NCBI GenBank assembly: GCA_041660605.1
Contig: JBAZWB010000001.1
Span: 750,503 to 814,502 of the forward strand
Length of the DNA: 64,000 nucleotides
DNA from: Patescibacteria group bacterium
Lineage (GTDB): Bacteria; Patescibacteriota; Patescibacteriia; UBA10025; JAHIVO01
Direction: 5' to 3'
In this document: positions 45,129 through 53,020 of the stretch, in pieces
How positions within the stretch are numbered: position 1 is the first letter of the stretch
Layout: each line of letters opens with the position of its first letter
Position numbers and translations under genes: made by a program
Notes under the pieces: model-generated
What the model was told of the DNA's origin: nothing
What the model saw: the letters and a program-made list of their open reading frames with translations, nothing else
Database searches by the model: none

Positions 45129-46580
45129 TTATTTTATTTTCCCAATCCTCTCAACTGCCTGTTTATAAAGCAACGCATTCGCAATCGCACCCGTCATCTG
45201 CGGCTGGAGACGATTTAAGTACTGAATATTATCAGAAGTAAAAGCTTCGTTATTATCTTTATTACCAAACAATAATAACCCTATTAATTCCCCTTTCTCC
45301 CCAATTGGCAGCATTAACCCCACTTTTAGATATTTCATCTCTTCATAAATATCTTTTAGTATTTGTGTTTCTCCGTTTTCTTCTTCTTCTATTATGTAAG
45401 GTATTTCTTCAATAATTAGGATTTTCGGATAATTGCGTAAATACTGAAATAATGGACTGCTTGGTGTAAATGTTATTTTCTTATCATCTGGGTAATAATT
45501 TTCCAGCTGGCCAGTTTTTTTGTTTTGCCAAATGAATTGAATTGTATTTACATTAAGATAATTGATTAATTCTATTGTTATTCTCTTTAGTAGCTGATCA
45601 AATTGCAGCGAAGAAGACATTATAGTTCTCAATTGGCGAGCTTTTTCTAATTGATTATTGTGCTTGGAATAGAATACATTATCAATTATTTTCACTAATA
45701 ACCTACGTAAAGGCTCGACAGTAAAGGCAATGATAACAATTAATACAATTGTAGTAGTTTGTTCTGACCAACTATATTGTTTCTCAAAATAACTCTTGGA
45801 AATAATAAGTAAATAAATGTAGAAAAAAAGAATAATTGCTAATGATAAAAAATGTATAAAACCTTTTTTTATAACAACTCTAATATCCATAAACCTATAA
45901 CGTATTATCGTGTATGTCATTAAAATTGCGATGACTATCGTTACAAGTGGCCCATAGGGGGATATTATGGCTTTATCAGATTCGATACCATGTGTAAACA
46001 ATATCGGATAAATTAAGTTTGTAAATAATCCGAAAATTGTAGCTATAATAAATGAAAATATAAGATACTTCGTTTTGATTTTTTCAATACCTGTTGATAT
46101 TGATTTTTGCTTGAATAATAAATAAAACCCTATAATAAAATAAGTGATAAGATAAAACCCATACATCTTATATAAAGAACCATAAACAATATCATTTATA
46201 GGCACTCCTAGTCTTATAATAACGTCTTTTGCTACTAGGTCAGTTAGGCTGATTATTGAGAAAAAAAATGAAACTAAAAATATTAGAACCTTGATACTTT
46301 TTTTAATTTTTAAAGTGTTTGGAAAATTTATCACTAAATTTACAAAGAAAAAAACTATTAATACAGGAAAGAAAAACAAAATTTTTAAATTAAAAGCTGC
46401 TATACTATATTGCTTTATTACACCATCTAACCAATTAAAGAGTATCCATCCGGAAGTTGCAATCATCAGTAGAAAAAAGTAAACATTCGGTTTTTTATTT
46501 TTCCCTTTCCACCATACAAAAAAGCCTAACGACAAATTAGCCACTACCACGAAAATTGAAATAATATCCAGTATTGTCAT
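45129..46580 (-). CDS. 7TM-GAF sensor-module protein lacking kinase transmitter domains (paralogue C)
   Basis: N-terminal 7TM like the histidine kinase at 35983..38856. Ends right after the GAF-like domain (...QPQMTGAIANALLYKQAVERIGKIK*). Start trimmed to MTILDIISIF. Confidence 0.7.
   Translation of the reverse strand: MTILDIISIFVVVANLSLGFFVWWKGKNKKPNVYFFLLMIATSGWILFNWLDGVIKQYSIAAFNLKILFFFPVLIVFFFVNLVINFPNTLKIKKSIKVLIFLVSFFFSIISLTDLVAKDVIIRLGVPINDIVYGSLYKMYGFYLITYFIIGFYLLFKQKSISTGIEKIKTKYLIFSFIIATIFGLFTNLIYPILFTHGIESDKAIISPYGPLVTIVIAILMTYTIIRYRFMDIRVVIKKGFIHFLSLAIILFFYIYLLIISKSYFEKQYSWSEQTTTIVLIVIIAFTVEPLRRLLVKIIDNVFYSKHNNQLEKARQLRTIMSSSLQFDQLLKRITIELINYLNVNTIQFIWQNKKTGQLENYYPDDKKITFTPSSPLFQYLRNYPKILIIEEIPYIIEEEENGETQILKDIYEEMKYLKVGLMLPIGEKGELIGLLLFGNKDNNEAFTSDNIQYLNRLQPQMTGAIANALLYKQAVERIGKIK
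45139..45209. repeat. 71-bp near-identical DNA repeat (copy 1) at the 3' end of paralogue C
   Basis: 70/71 identical to 46604-46674, while flanking coding DNA of the two paralogues is much more diverged. Confidence 0.8.
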
Positions 46581-46590
46581 ATACCTATAA

Positions 46591-48006
46591 TTATTTATTA
46601 AAATTCCCAATCCTCTCAACTGCTTGTTTATAAAGCAACGCATTCGCAATCGCACCCGTCATCTGCGGCTGGAGTCGCTGTAAATATTGTATCGCATCAA
46701 CTGTATAAGCGTCTTTTTTGTTTTTCGGACCAAAAAGGAAGACGCCTACTAACTCCCCTCTCTCGCCAATCGGTAAAACCAAACTAACTGCTAACTGTTT
46801 TAGTTTTTCTTCAATATTTTTTAACTTACCAACTTCGCCATTTTTACTCTCTTCCATTAAATATGGAATTTCCTCAGTAATTAATATGTTTGGATTATCC
46901 TGCAAATAGCTGAATAATACGTCCGTTGATTTTATACTGACTGTTGTATTTTCTGTATTATCATTTTTTAAGTCTCCGGTTTGTCTATCTAATTCTAAAA
47001 AATAAATTTTATTAATTTGCAAAAAATCCTTTAAGCTTCCAGTTGCTCTATTTATCAGATGATCAAAATGCATTGAAGAAGACAGAATGAGTTTTAATTT
47101 TCTCGCTTCTTCATCCACATTTCTTTGCTTGGAATAAAACACTTTATCAATAACTTTCACCAATAACCTACGTAAAGGTTCAATAGTTAGTGCAATGATT
47201 ATCACCAACACAATTGTCGTTGTCTGTTCTGACCAGTAAAACGTTTTTTCAAAATAGCTTTTAGAAAAAATCAGTAAGTATATGTAAATAAATAAAATAA
47301 TTGCTAATGTTAGAAAGTTTACCAGACCTTTCCTAACGATAAACTTAATATCCATAAATCTATATTTGAAAATAGAATATGAAATCAAAGTTACAAATAT
47401 AATTGAAACCATAGCATCAAGTCTTGCAAAATATAATCGTTCAAAATAGGGAAAAATAAAATTAAAAATTAATACAATTAAAATAGGAATAATAAAACCA
47501 ATTATTACATAAATATTTTGTAATTTCTTAATTCCCATTGATTTTTTATATCCTGCCAACAATATTATGATCGAAATCAATAAAATCAATCCAATCGGAA
47601 TTGTGAAAGCAGTAAAATATTTTCCTAAATTCGCATCAAATCCAAAGGGTGTTTGTATCATTTCAGTACTTAATATAAAATTGGGAATTAGAGTTAGTAA
47701 AGCAACTAGTATACACACCAATACTCCAAAAATCTTCCAAAACTTTTTAATATTAACCTTACTATAGTAAATAACCCATAAAAATATACCTGCTGCTAAT
47801 AACACACCAGACATATAGGTTAATGTTTCAAAAAAATATTTTGGAATAAATAAAAATAGTACATTACTAATAACCCATATTGTTGCAAGAAAAATAAAAT
47901 AAGAAAAGGTTTTTTGAACTTTATTTTTTGATTTTATAAATACCGATATTCCCAATGCTAGATTAAGAATTGTTGCTGCGATCATTAAAATTTTAGAAAT
48001 CAACAT
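46591..48006 (-). CDS. 7TM-GAF sensor-module protein lacking kinase transmitter domains (paralogue B)
   Basis: Same architecture. Tandem with paralogue C. Confidence 0.7.
   Translation of the reverse strand: MLISKILMIAATILNLALGISVFIKSKNKVQKTFSYFIFLATIWVISNVLFLFIPKYFFETLTYMSGVLLAAGIFLWVIYYSKVNIKKFWKIFGVLVCILVALLTLIPNFILSTEMIQTPFGFDANLGKYFTAFTIPIGLILLISIIILLAGYKKSMGIKKLQNIYVIIGFIIPILIVLIFNFIFPYFERLYFARLDAMVSIIFVTLISYSIFKYRFMDIKFIVRKGLVNFLTLAIILFIYIYLLIFSKSYFEKTFYWSEQTTTIVLVIIIALTIEPLRRLLVKVIDKVFYSKQRNVDEEARKLKLILSSSMHFDHLINRATGSLKDFLQINKIYFLELDRQTGDLKNDNTENTTVSIKSTDVLFSYLQDNPNILITEEIPYLMEESKNGEVGKLKNIEEKLKQLAVSLVLPIGERGELVGVFLFGPKNKKDAYTVDAIQYLQRLQPQMTGAIANALLYKQAVERIGNFNK
46604..46674. repeat. 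71-bp near-identical DNA repeat (copy 2) at the 3' end of paralogue B
   Basis: See copy 1 (45139..45209). Confidence 0.8.
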
Positions 48007-48149
48007 ACTTATTTATCCTTAAAATTATTATCTTCACCCATAATCTTTTCAATAACATCCCTCAAAAAATCTGCCTGGTTTTGTGTTTTCTACTTAAATT
48101 CATACGCATAAATTAAATTGTTATAAAGGTAAATTCATAAGTTACGCTT

Positions 48150-48215
48150 GATATGGGAAGTGGGACGTAGAAGTGAGATGCGGGTCGGGTAATGAGAAGC
48201 TAGGAGTGAGGCAAG
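48150..48215. repeat. Left arm of ~55-bp purine-rich imperfect inverted repeat bracketing the four-helix-bundle gene 48200..48598
   Basis: ...GAAGTGAGATGCGGGTCGGGTAATGAGAAGCTAGGAGTGAGG... versus the reverse complement of 48615-48671 ...TAAGTGAGGTTAGATGTGGGTTTCGGATGTGTGAGGTGGGG... Confidence 0.6.
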
Positions 48216-48598
48216 TTACTTATCCAGTTTTTTCCAAGATTATAAAGTTGCTTGCCTGCTATATTGTACGTTTCAATTAGTTTACTGCATATTTCAGAAG
48301 AAACGTATTTACTATAAACATCTCTACATACGCTCAAATGATGAATCATCTCATTGCTCTCGCCGATTGCATCATCAATGTACTTTTTCCAACTACGTTT
48401 ATAATTTTTCTTTGCGTAACCTTCGGCCAGTTGAGCCGGTGCACTCTTACAGGCTCTTCTTAATTGATCTGCTAAATCAAATCTTTCTTCTTTTGGTAAA
48501 TTTGGCACAACTTTTGTTAAAACAATTACCATTGCTTTATATAAATTCTGGTAAACTATTAGATCAGTATAACTTTTAATTGGCATATTATTTAGCAA
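48200..48598 (-). CDS. Four-helix-bundle protein (23S rRNA IVS protein family)
   Basis: LIVYQNLYKAMVIVLTKVVPNLPKEERFDLADQLRRACKSAPAQLAEGYAK matches the family. Probable ATG start at 48586. Confidence 0.8.
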   Translation of the reverse strand: MLNNMPIKSYTDLIVYQNLYKAMVIVLTKVVPNLPKEERFDLADQLRRACKSAPAQLAEGYAKKNYKRSWKKYIDDAIGESNEMIHHLSVCRDVYSKYVSSEICSKLIETYNIAGKQLYNLGKNWISNLPHS

Positions 48599-48614
48599 TT
48601 TTTTTGTTAATTAA

Positions 48615-48671
48615 ATCCCCACCTCACACATCCGAAACCCACATCTAACCTCACTTATTCCGAAATCCCTC
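48615..48671. repeat. Right arm of inverted repeat bracketing the four-helix-bundle gene 48200..48598
   Basis: Pyrimidine-rich on plus strand (atccccacctcacacatccgaaacccacatctaacctcacttattccgaaatccctc), complementary to the left arm. Confidence 0.6.
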
Positions 48672-49241
48672 ATCTTTTTGCATAATATCCTCAATTATAT
48701 CTCTTAGAAAGTCAGCTTTAGTCTTCTTCTTACGCTTTGACATATACTGTAGATACCTTTCCATCTGGGAATTTATTCTTAAAGTGAATTTGATCGTCGG
48801 TTTTTCCTTAATTCCCTTTCCCTGGCCGACTTCGTTGATAAAATCCCCAACTACTTGCGCCAAATCGTTTTTGGAATACGACTTCATTACCATGAATTCC
48901 GGCGTGTTTTTCTTGGTTAAATACCCATGCGCCACCTTTTCCGGCGTGCCTTTTTGGTACAAATATAACAATGGTTTTTTCTGTGAAATGGCGTAGGCCA
49001 ATAAATAACCGATTTCCTGGTCTGGCTGCGAAGCTTCTACAATTAAACAATCCATTTTATCCAGTAATATTTCCCCAGCTTCAGTCATCTGTTCCAGCTC
49101 TTCCTTTTTAAAATCCGTATTATTTTCATTTGACGATGCCACCACGAAAACACCGGATTGTCTTAAAGTTTCAACAATTTTTTTGTAATTTTGATCCAGT
49201 TCGGTAGTTGAGATTAGTGGACTGAAGAAATAGGTTCTCAT
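48651..49241 (-). CDS. Nucleoside 2-deoxyribosyltransferase-like domain fused to a C-terminal ribbon-helix-helix (CopG/Arc-like) domain
   Basis: N-terminal MRTYFFSPL ... CLIVEASQPDQEIGYLLAYAISQKKPLLYLY resembles the Nuc_deoxyrib_tr fold. C-terminal KPTIKFTLRINSQMERYLQYMSKRKKKTKADFLRDIIEDIM reads as beta-strand plus two helices. Confidence 0.5.
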   Translation of the reverse strand: MRTYFFSPLISTTELDQNYKKIVETLRQSGVFVVASSNENNTDFKKEELEQMTEAGEILLDKMDCLIVEASQPDQEIGYLLAYAISQKKPLLYLYQKGTPEKVAHGYLTKKNTPEFMVMKSYSKNDLAQVVGDFINEVGQGKGIKEKPTIKFTLRINSQMERYLQYMSKRKKKTKADFLRDIIEDIMQKDEGFRNK

Positions 49242-49280
49242 AGTTTATTTAATGGTTTCGGTTGTGGCTTTAAAAGAAAT

Positions 49281-49339
49281 AAGTCTTAGGTTTAAAGTTG
49301 AAAGAAGAAAGTATGGATAAAAGATTAAGGTCTTAGGTC
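49281..49339. repeat. Left arm of inverted repeat bracketing the four-helix-bundle gene 49325..49720
   Basis: AAGTTGAAAGAAGAAAGTATGGATAAAAG versus the reverse complement of the right flank AAGTTGAAAGTTTAAGGAGGAAGGAATGGAATAAAG. Confidence 0.55.
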
Positions 49340-49720
49340 TTTTCGATTAAAATTCTTCCAGGCGAGGCTTAATTTATACAATTGTTTATTAATTAAATCA
49401 TAATTCTTTAATAAACGTTCACATATTTTTTTATCAATATTACCCCCATATATGTCCATGCAATAACTTATATGTACTATGGTCTCATTGCATTCACCCA
49501 TTGCATCATCAAGGTATTTTTTGAAACTCTTTGGCATATGTTTCTTGGCAAACCCTTCCGCAATTAAAGGCGCAATCGCTTTTGCGGATCTTCCTAATTG
49601 ATCAACTAGGCCATACCGCTCTGAAGCAGGTAATTTAACTACAACATCTTTCATAACCACGACAGCGGAACTATAGGCATTTTGGTAAACATATAAATCT
49701 TTAAAACTTTGAATTGCCAT
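49325..49720 (-). CDS. Four-helix-bundle protein (23S rRNA IVS protein family)
   Basis: FKDLYVYQNAYSSAVVVMKDVVVKLPASERYGLVDQLGRSAKAIAPLIAEGFAK matches the family. Confidence 0.8.
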   Translation of the reverse strand: MAIQSFKDLYVYQNAYSSAVVVMKDVVVKLPASERYGLVDQLGRSAKAIAPLIAEGFAKKHMPKSFKKYLDDAMGECNETIVHISYCMDIYGGNIDKKICERLLKNYDLINKQLYKLSLAWKNFNRKDLRP

Positions 49721-49736
49721 ATTCTTAAAACTTTAA

Positions 49737-49783
49737 ACTTTATTCCATTCCTTCCTCCTTAAACTTTCAACTTATGACCTATA
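49737..49783. repeat. Right arm of inverted repeat bracketing the four-helix-bundle gene 49325..49720
   Basis: See left arm (49281..49339). Confidence 0.55.
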
Positions 49784-49804
49784 TCAATTTAAAATATTTA
49801 TTAA

Positions 49805-50806
49805 TCAATCCCCCAAACCATCCTCCCACATTAAAATTCTGATCTTACCAAGGTCCCTCGTCTGCCCCAAAACCCACATGAACTTAGCAAAAGCCGTTTC
49901 AAAAGTCATATTATTTACCAGAATGTACTCGCGTTTTTTCTTTTTAATATCCAGGGCAAAAGGATTGTGAGCCACCACGGGTATTTTCTTCTCATAAGCT
50001 TTTTCTAGAACCGGTTTGTATGAATCAGGAAATAAATTTGTATTGAAGCTTTTTACCATTATCCCCTGACAACCACCGTTGAGCATATTATCCAAAAGCT
50101 CCGGTCCTGCGCCGGGGTACAGTTGCATCAGGCAAACCTGCGGTTCAATTTTATCGTTCAATTTAATTTTACTATTTGATCTTTGCCTTACTTTATTAAA
50201 AAGCTTAATGCCGAAATCCACCTTGCCCAACATACCATCTTTATAAGCGTCAAAAAAATTAAATGACGGCGTGTCGCTTTTGGCAACCTGTGTTGCCCTG
50301 ATTAACCGATTGCCGAACATTATCGCCACCTCTCCCAGATCCATAGTAGCCACCTGTATGGCATTAATTAAGTTGGCTTTTACTCCCAATGATTTATAAC
50401 CGGAAATCAGGCCGGATAAATCCTGCTTGTCTGATTCCGTCACTTCTGCTGACAATGGTGAACCGGTGAAAACAACGGGCTTGCCTAGGTTCTGCAGCAT
50501 AAACGACATCATGCTGGCAGTATATATCATGGTGTCCACGCCGTGGGTAATGACAAAACCGTCGCATTTGTCATATAGCTTTGCGATTTCCCGGGCCAAT
50601 CTGCCCCACAGCTCCGGTTTGATTTCCGACGCGTCTTCGCCAAACACAAAAACCGGTTCAATGTCCGCTATCAAGCTAATTTCCGGCACCGCTTCAAGCC
50701 ACGGCTTTATGTCAGCCGATTTTTGCACGGATAATACCTTGTCATCAGCGATTAACGCCGATCCTCCGCAGAACAACAAGGCTATTTTTTGGTTTGATTT
50801 AGGCAT
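49805..50806 (-). CDS. L-asparaginase-family protein with both catalytic threonines substituted (probably non-canonical or inactive)
   Basis: Asparaginase fold motifs, but TGGTIAG is replaced by CGGSALIA and hGTDTm by HGVDTM. Start trimmed to MPKSNQKIALLFCGG (ATG 50806). Confidence 0.65.
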   Translation of the reverse strand: MPKSNQKIALLFCGGSALIADDKVLSVQKSADIKPWLEAVPEISLIADIEPVFVFGEDASEIKPELWGRLAREIAKLYDKCDGFVITHGVDTMIYTASMMSFMLQNLGKPVVFTGSPLSAEVTESDKQDLSGLISGYKSLGVKANLINAIQVATMDLGEVAIMFGNRLIRATQVAKSDTPSFNFFDAYKDGMLGKVDFGIKLFNKVRQRSNSKIKLNDKIEPQVCLMQLYPGAGPELLDNMLNGGCQGIMVKSFNTNLFPDSYKPVLEKAYEKKIPVVAHNPFALDIKKKKREYILVNNMTFETAFAKFMWVLGQTRDLGKIRILMWEDGLGD

Positions 50807-50834
50807 AACTCTTATATTTCTGATACACACGTCG

Positions 50835-50923
50835 TAAAGATTCTTCGCTTCGCTCTGAATGACAGTGTAAACGATCGTCATTCAGAGGACCCTGAACGAA
50901 GTGAAGGGGACGAAGAATCTTTA
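50835..50923. other. ~90-nt long stem-loop: 13-bp and 11-bp perfect stems (TAAAGATTCTTCG...CTCTGAATGAC / GTCATTCAGAG...CGAAGAATCTTTA) immediately 5' of the asparaginase-family gene
   Basis: Inverted repeats read directly from sequence. No T-run on either side. Confidence 0.65.
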
Positions 50924-50943
50924 TGCAGTTATTTTCGTAATTT

Positions 50944-50998
50944 CTAATTATGAATTTCTAATTTCTAATAAAATCCCAATTCATTAATTATTTAATGT
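50944..50998. repeat. Left arm of AT-rich inverted repeat (ATTAGAAATT-type) bracketing the four-helix-bundle gene 50999..51370
   Basis: Reverse complement ...TTATTAGAAATTAGAAATTCATAATTAGAAATT... versus right flank 51371-51409 ...TGATTAGAAATTAAGAATTAGTAATTAGCAAT... Confidence 0.45.
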
Positions 50999-51370
50999 CT
51001 AACTGTTTCTATTAGTAGAATTAACAATAGCGTTAAAAATTAAATTTAGTTCTTTTGCTTCCTGGTAAATAATATTTACTTTTTCTTCTTGGATAGGGTC
51101 GGCCGTAGCAATCATTTTCAACCAATGTTTTGTCTCCCTGGCTTCTTTTTTACAGATGCCAATTTTGTGCTTAAAGTCTTTCCTGGACTCAGCATCATCC
51201 GCTTCACAATAATTCGAACCAACGCTGGTTGCTGATCTAACTAATTGAGATATTAATGGTCTGGTTACTACACTCTCCGGTATTTGCTTAGCGAACCTAA
51301 TTGCATCAATGCCAAATTTTCTTGTCCTCTCCTCCAAATCGTACTTTTTTGTCATTACTTCATTAGTCAT
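50999..51370 (-). CDS. Four-helix-bundle protein (23S rRNA IVS protein family)
   Basis: ISQLVRSATSVGSNYCEADDAESRKDFKHKIGICKKEARETKHWL matches the family. Confidence 0.75.
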   Translation of the reverse strand: MTNEVMTKKYDLEERTRKFGIDAIRFAKQIPESVVTRPLISQLVRSATSVGSNYCEADDAESRKDFKHKIGICKKEARETKHWLKMIATADPIQEEKVNIIYQEAKELNLIFNAIVNSTNRNS

Positions 51371-51409
51371 TGGAGCTTGATTAGAAATTAAGAATTAGTA
51401 ATTAGCAAT

Positions 51410-52855
51410 TTATAATTGGTTATTATCCGTGTTAGCGGTAATTCTTTCCACCGCCTCCTGATACAACACCGCATTTGCTAACGTAATCCCCGCCTGCTCT
51501 CTTAATTCAACTAAAAACTTCACATCCTGGATAGTAAATGTGCTTTTATCTTTCTTTTGATCTAATAAAGCTAATGCAAAAACCTCTTCTTCCGTATTGA
51601 AAGGGAGGACTAGACTGGCATTAAATTTTTTCATTTCCTTTTCGGCTTTTTGTAATGTTTCCTTTTCAAACTTACCCTGCCTTTCCTCCAGTAAATGCGG
51701 AATTTCTTCGTAAATCAACGGTTCATTATACTTCTCGAAGTATTTAATTAAATTATTCTGCAAATCAATGCTTTCATTTGAATCATCATTTTCATAAATA
51801 AGCCTCTGCTCTTTATGATTAAGTATAAAAAGTTTAGCAATCTCAACACCTAAGTACTCTTTAATTTTTAGGCTAATAATCTTTACCAGTTTTTCTAAAT
51901 CTGTTTCCCTTGAAATTGCCTCTCTTAATTCTTTGACTGCCAGATCAATACTCTTTTTGCCTTTGAACAATGAATTAATGGCTTTCTCCACCAACATTTT
52001 TAAAGGTGGGAAACCGAGGGCTACTAAGGCAATTAAAACAATTGAAGTCCGCCCGGGTGTAATATTCCAATAATTTTCAATCGTTGTTCGCAGAAGTAAA
52101 GCAACATATGTATAAATTGCTAGTGTAACGATAAGTGAAATTATATATATCAATCCACGCTTGATAACAACCTTTATATCTAACAATCGATATCGTGCCA
52201 TGGCATAAGAACTCATTATTGCGAAAACTATTGTTATACTTACTAGTCCTGTAAATGTAAAATTACTGACTTTACCAACTAAACCATTAAGACCACTGGC
52301 TGTTAAGGCCGAAATGATTGCGATTAAGTATCCTACAATAATATATTTTATCTGGCTTTTTTCAATTGTTGAAACTAATTTATATTTTTTTATTAAAGAG
52401 ATTGGCCCAATAAAAATAAAATATACAACAATAATGATAAAATATAAGGCAAACACCGGTTTATTATATTTCGCTAAATTATAATCGTAAATTGTCACGA
52501 TTTTACCAAACACACCGAGTAATGATACAAAAATAATTGGGATTGCAATTGCTAATTCATAAAAAATGTTTATCCTTAAATTTTTTTTGGGAAAGTGAAG
52601 ACAAAACAGCACAAACCAGTATGCAACCCATGGTGCTAAAATAAAATCAATACTAATAATCACTTTATGAACGTCAAATGGAATTCTTGTTACCATTTCA
52701 AGCATTGAGCATGTAATATAAGCAAAACCGAATAAAATAGTAATAAAAAATAATGCATACGTTTTATTACGTTTCCAATTAATAATTATAAATACAAATA
52801 AGCTTAGATATGCTAATACATTTATTCCAGCTACTATTTCTTCAGGTGTAATCAT
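51410..52855 (-). CDS. 7TM-GAF sensor-module protein lacking kinase transmitter domains (paralogue A)
   Basis: Same 7TM plus C-terminal GAF-like architecture as B and C, with a divergent C-terminus (...ANAVLYQEAVERITANTDNNQL*). Confidence 0.7.
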   Translation of the reverse strand: MITPEEIVAGINVLAYLSLFVFIIINWKRNKTYALFFITILFGFAYITCSMLEMVTRIPFDVHKVIISIDFILAPWVAYWFVLFCLHFPKKNLRINIFYELAIAIPIIFVSLLGVFGKIVTIYDYNLAKYNKPVFALYFIIIVVYFIFIGPISLIKKYKLVSTIEKSQIKYIIVGYLIAIISALTASGLNGLVGKVSNFTFTGLVSITIVFAIMSSYAMARYRLLDIKVVIKRGLIYIISLIVTLAIYTYVALLLRTTIENYWNITPGRTSIVLIALVALGFPPLKMLVEKAINSLFKGKKSIDLAVKELREAISRETDLEKLVKIISLKIKEYLGVEIAKLFILNHKEQRLIYENDDSNESIDLQNNLIKYFEKYNEPLIYEEIPHLLEERQGKFEKETLQKAEKEMKKFNASLVLPFNTEEEVFALALLDQKKDKSTFTIQDVKFLVELREQAGITLANAVLYQEAVERITANTDNNQL

Positions 52856-52880
52856 TTAATTCCTATTATTTTCTTAATTT

Positions 52881-52912
52881 CCCGCGCCGTCGCACTTTAT
52901 TGCGCCGTCGCT
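52881..52912. repeat. Right GC-rich inverted repeat (reverse complement AGCGACGGCGCAATAAAGTGCGACGGCGCGGG) bounding the 7TM-GAF block
   Basis: See left copy (44940..44969). Confidence 0.6.
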
Positions 52913-52993
52913 ATATTTTTACCCTACTACTCCCTTTTTTTCCTGTCAAATCCCGGCTGTGGATAACCAAAAGCGATTGCTTTATTTAATTTC

Positions 52994-53020
52994 TTGACAA
53001 AAAATACCCCAAGCTATAAT
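52994..53020 (+). promoter_or_regulatory. Near-consensus sigma70-like promoter TTGACA-15/17-TATAAT(A) pointing into ORF-free region
   Basis: ttcTTGACAaaaaataccccaagcTATAATatg read directly. Confidence 0.5.
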
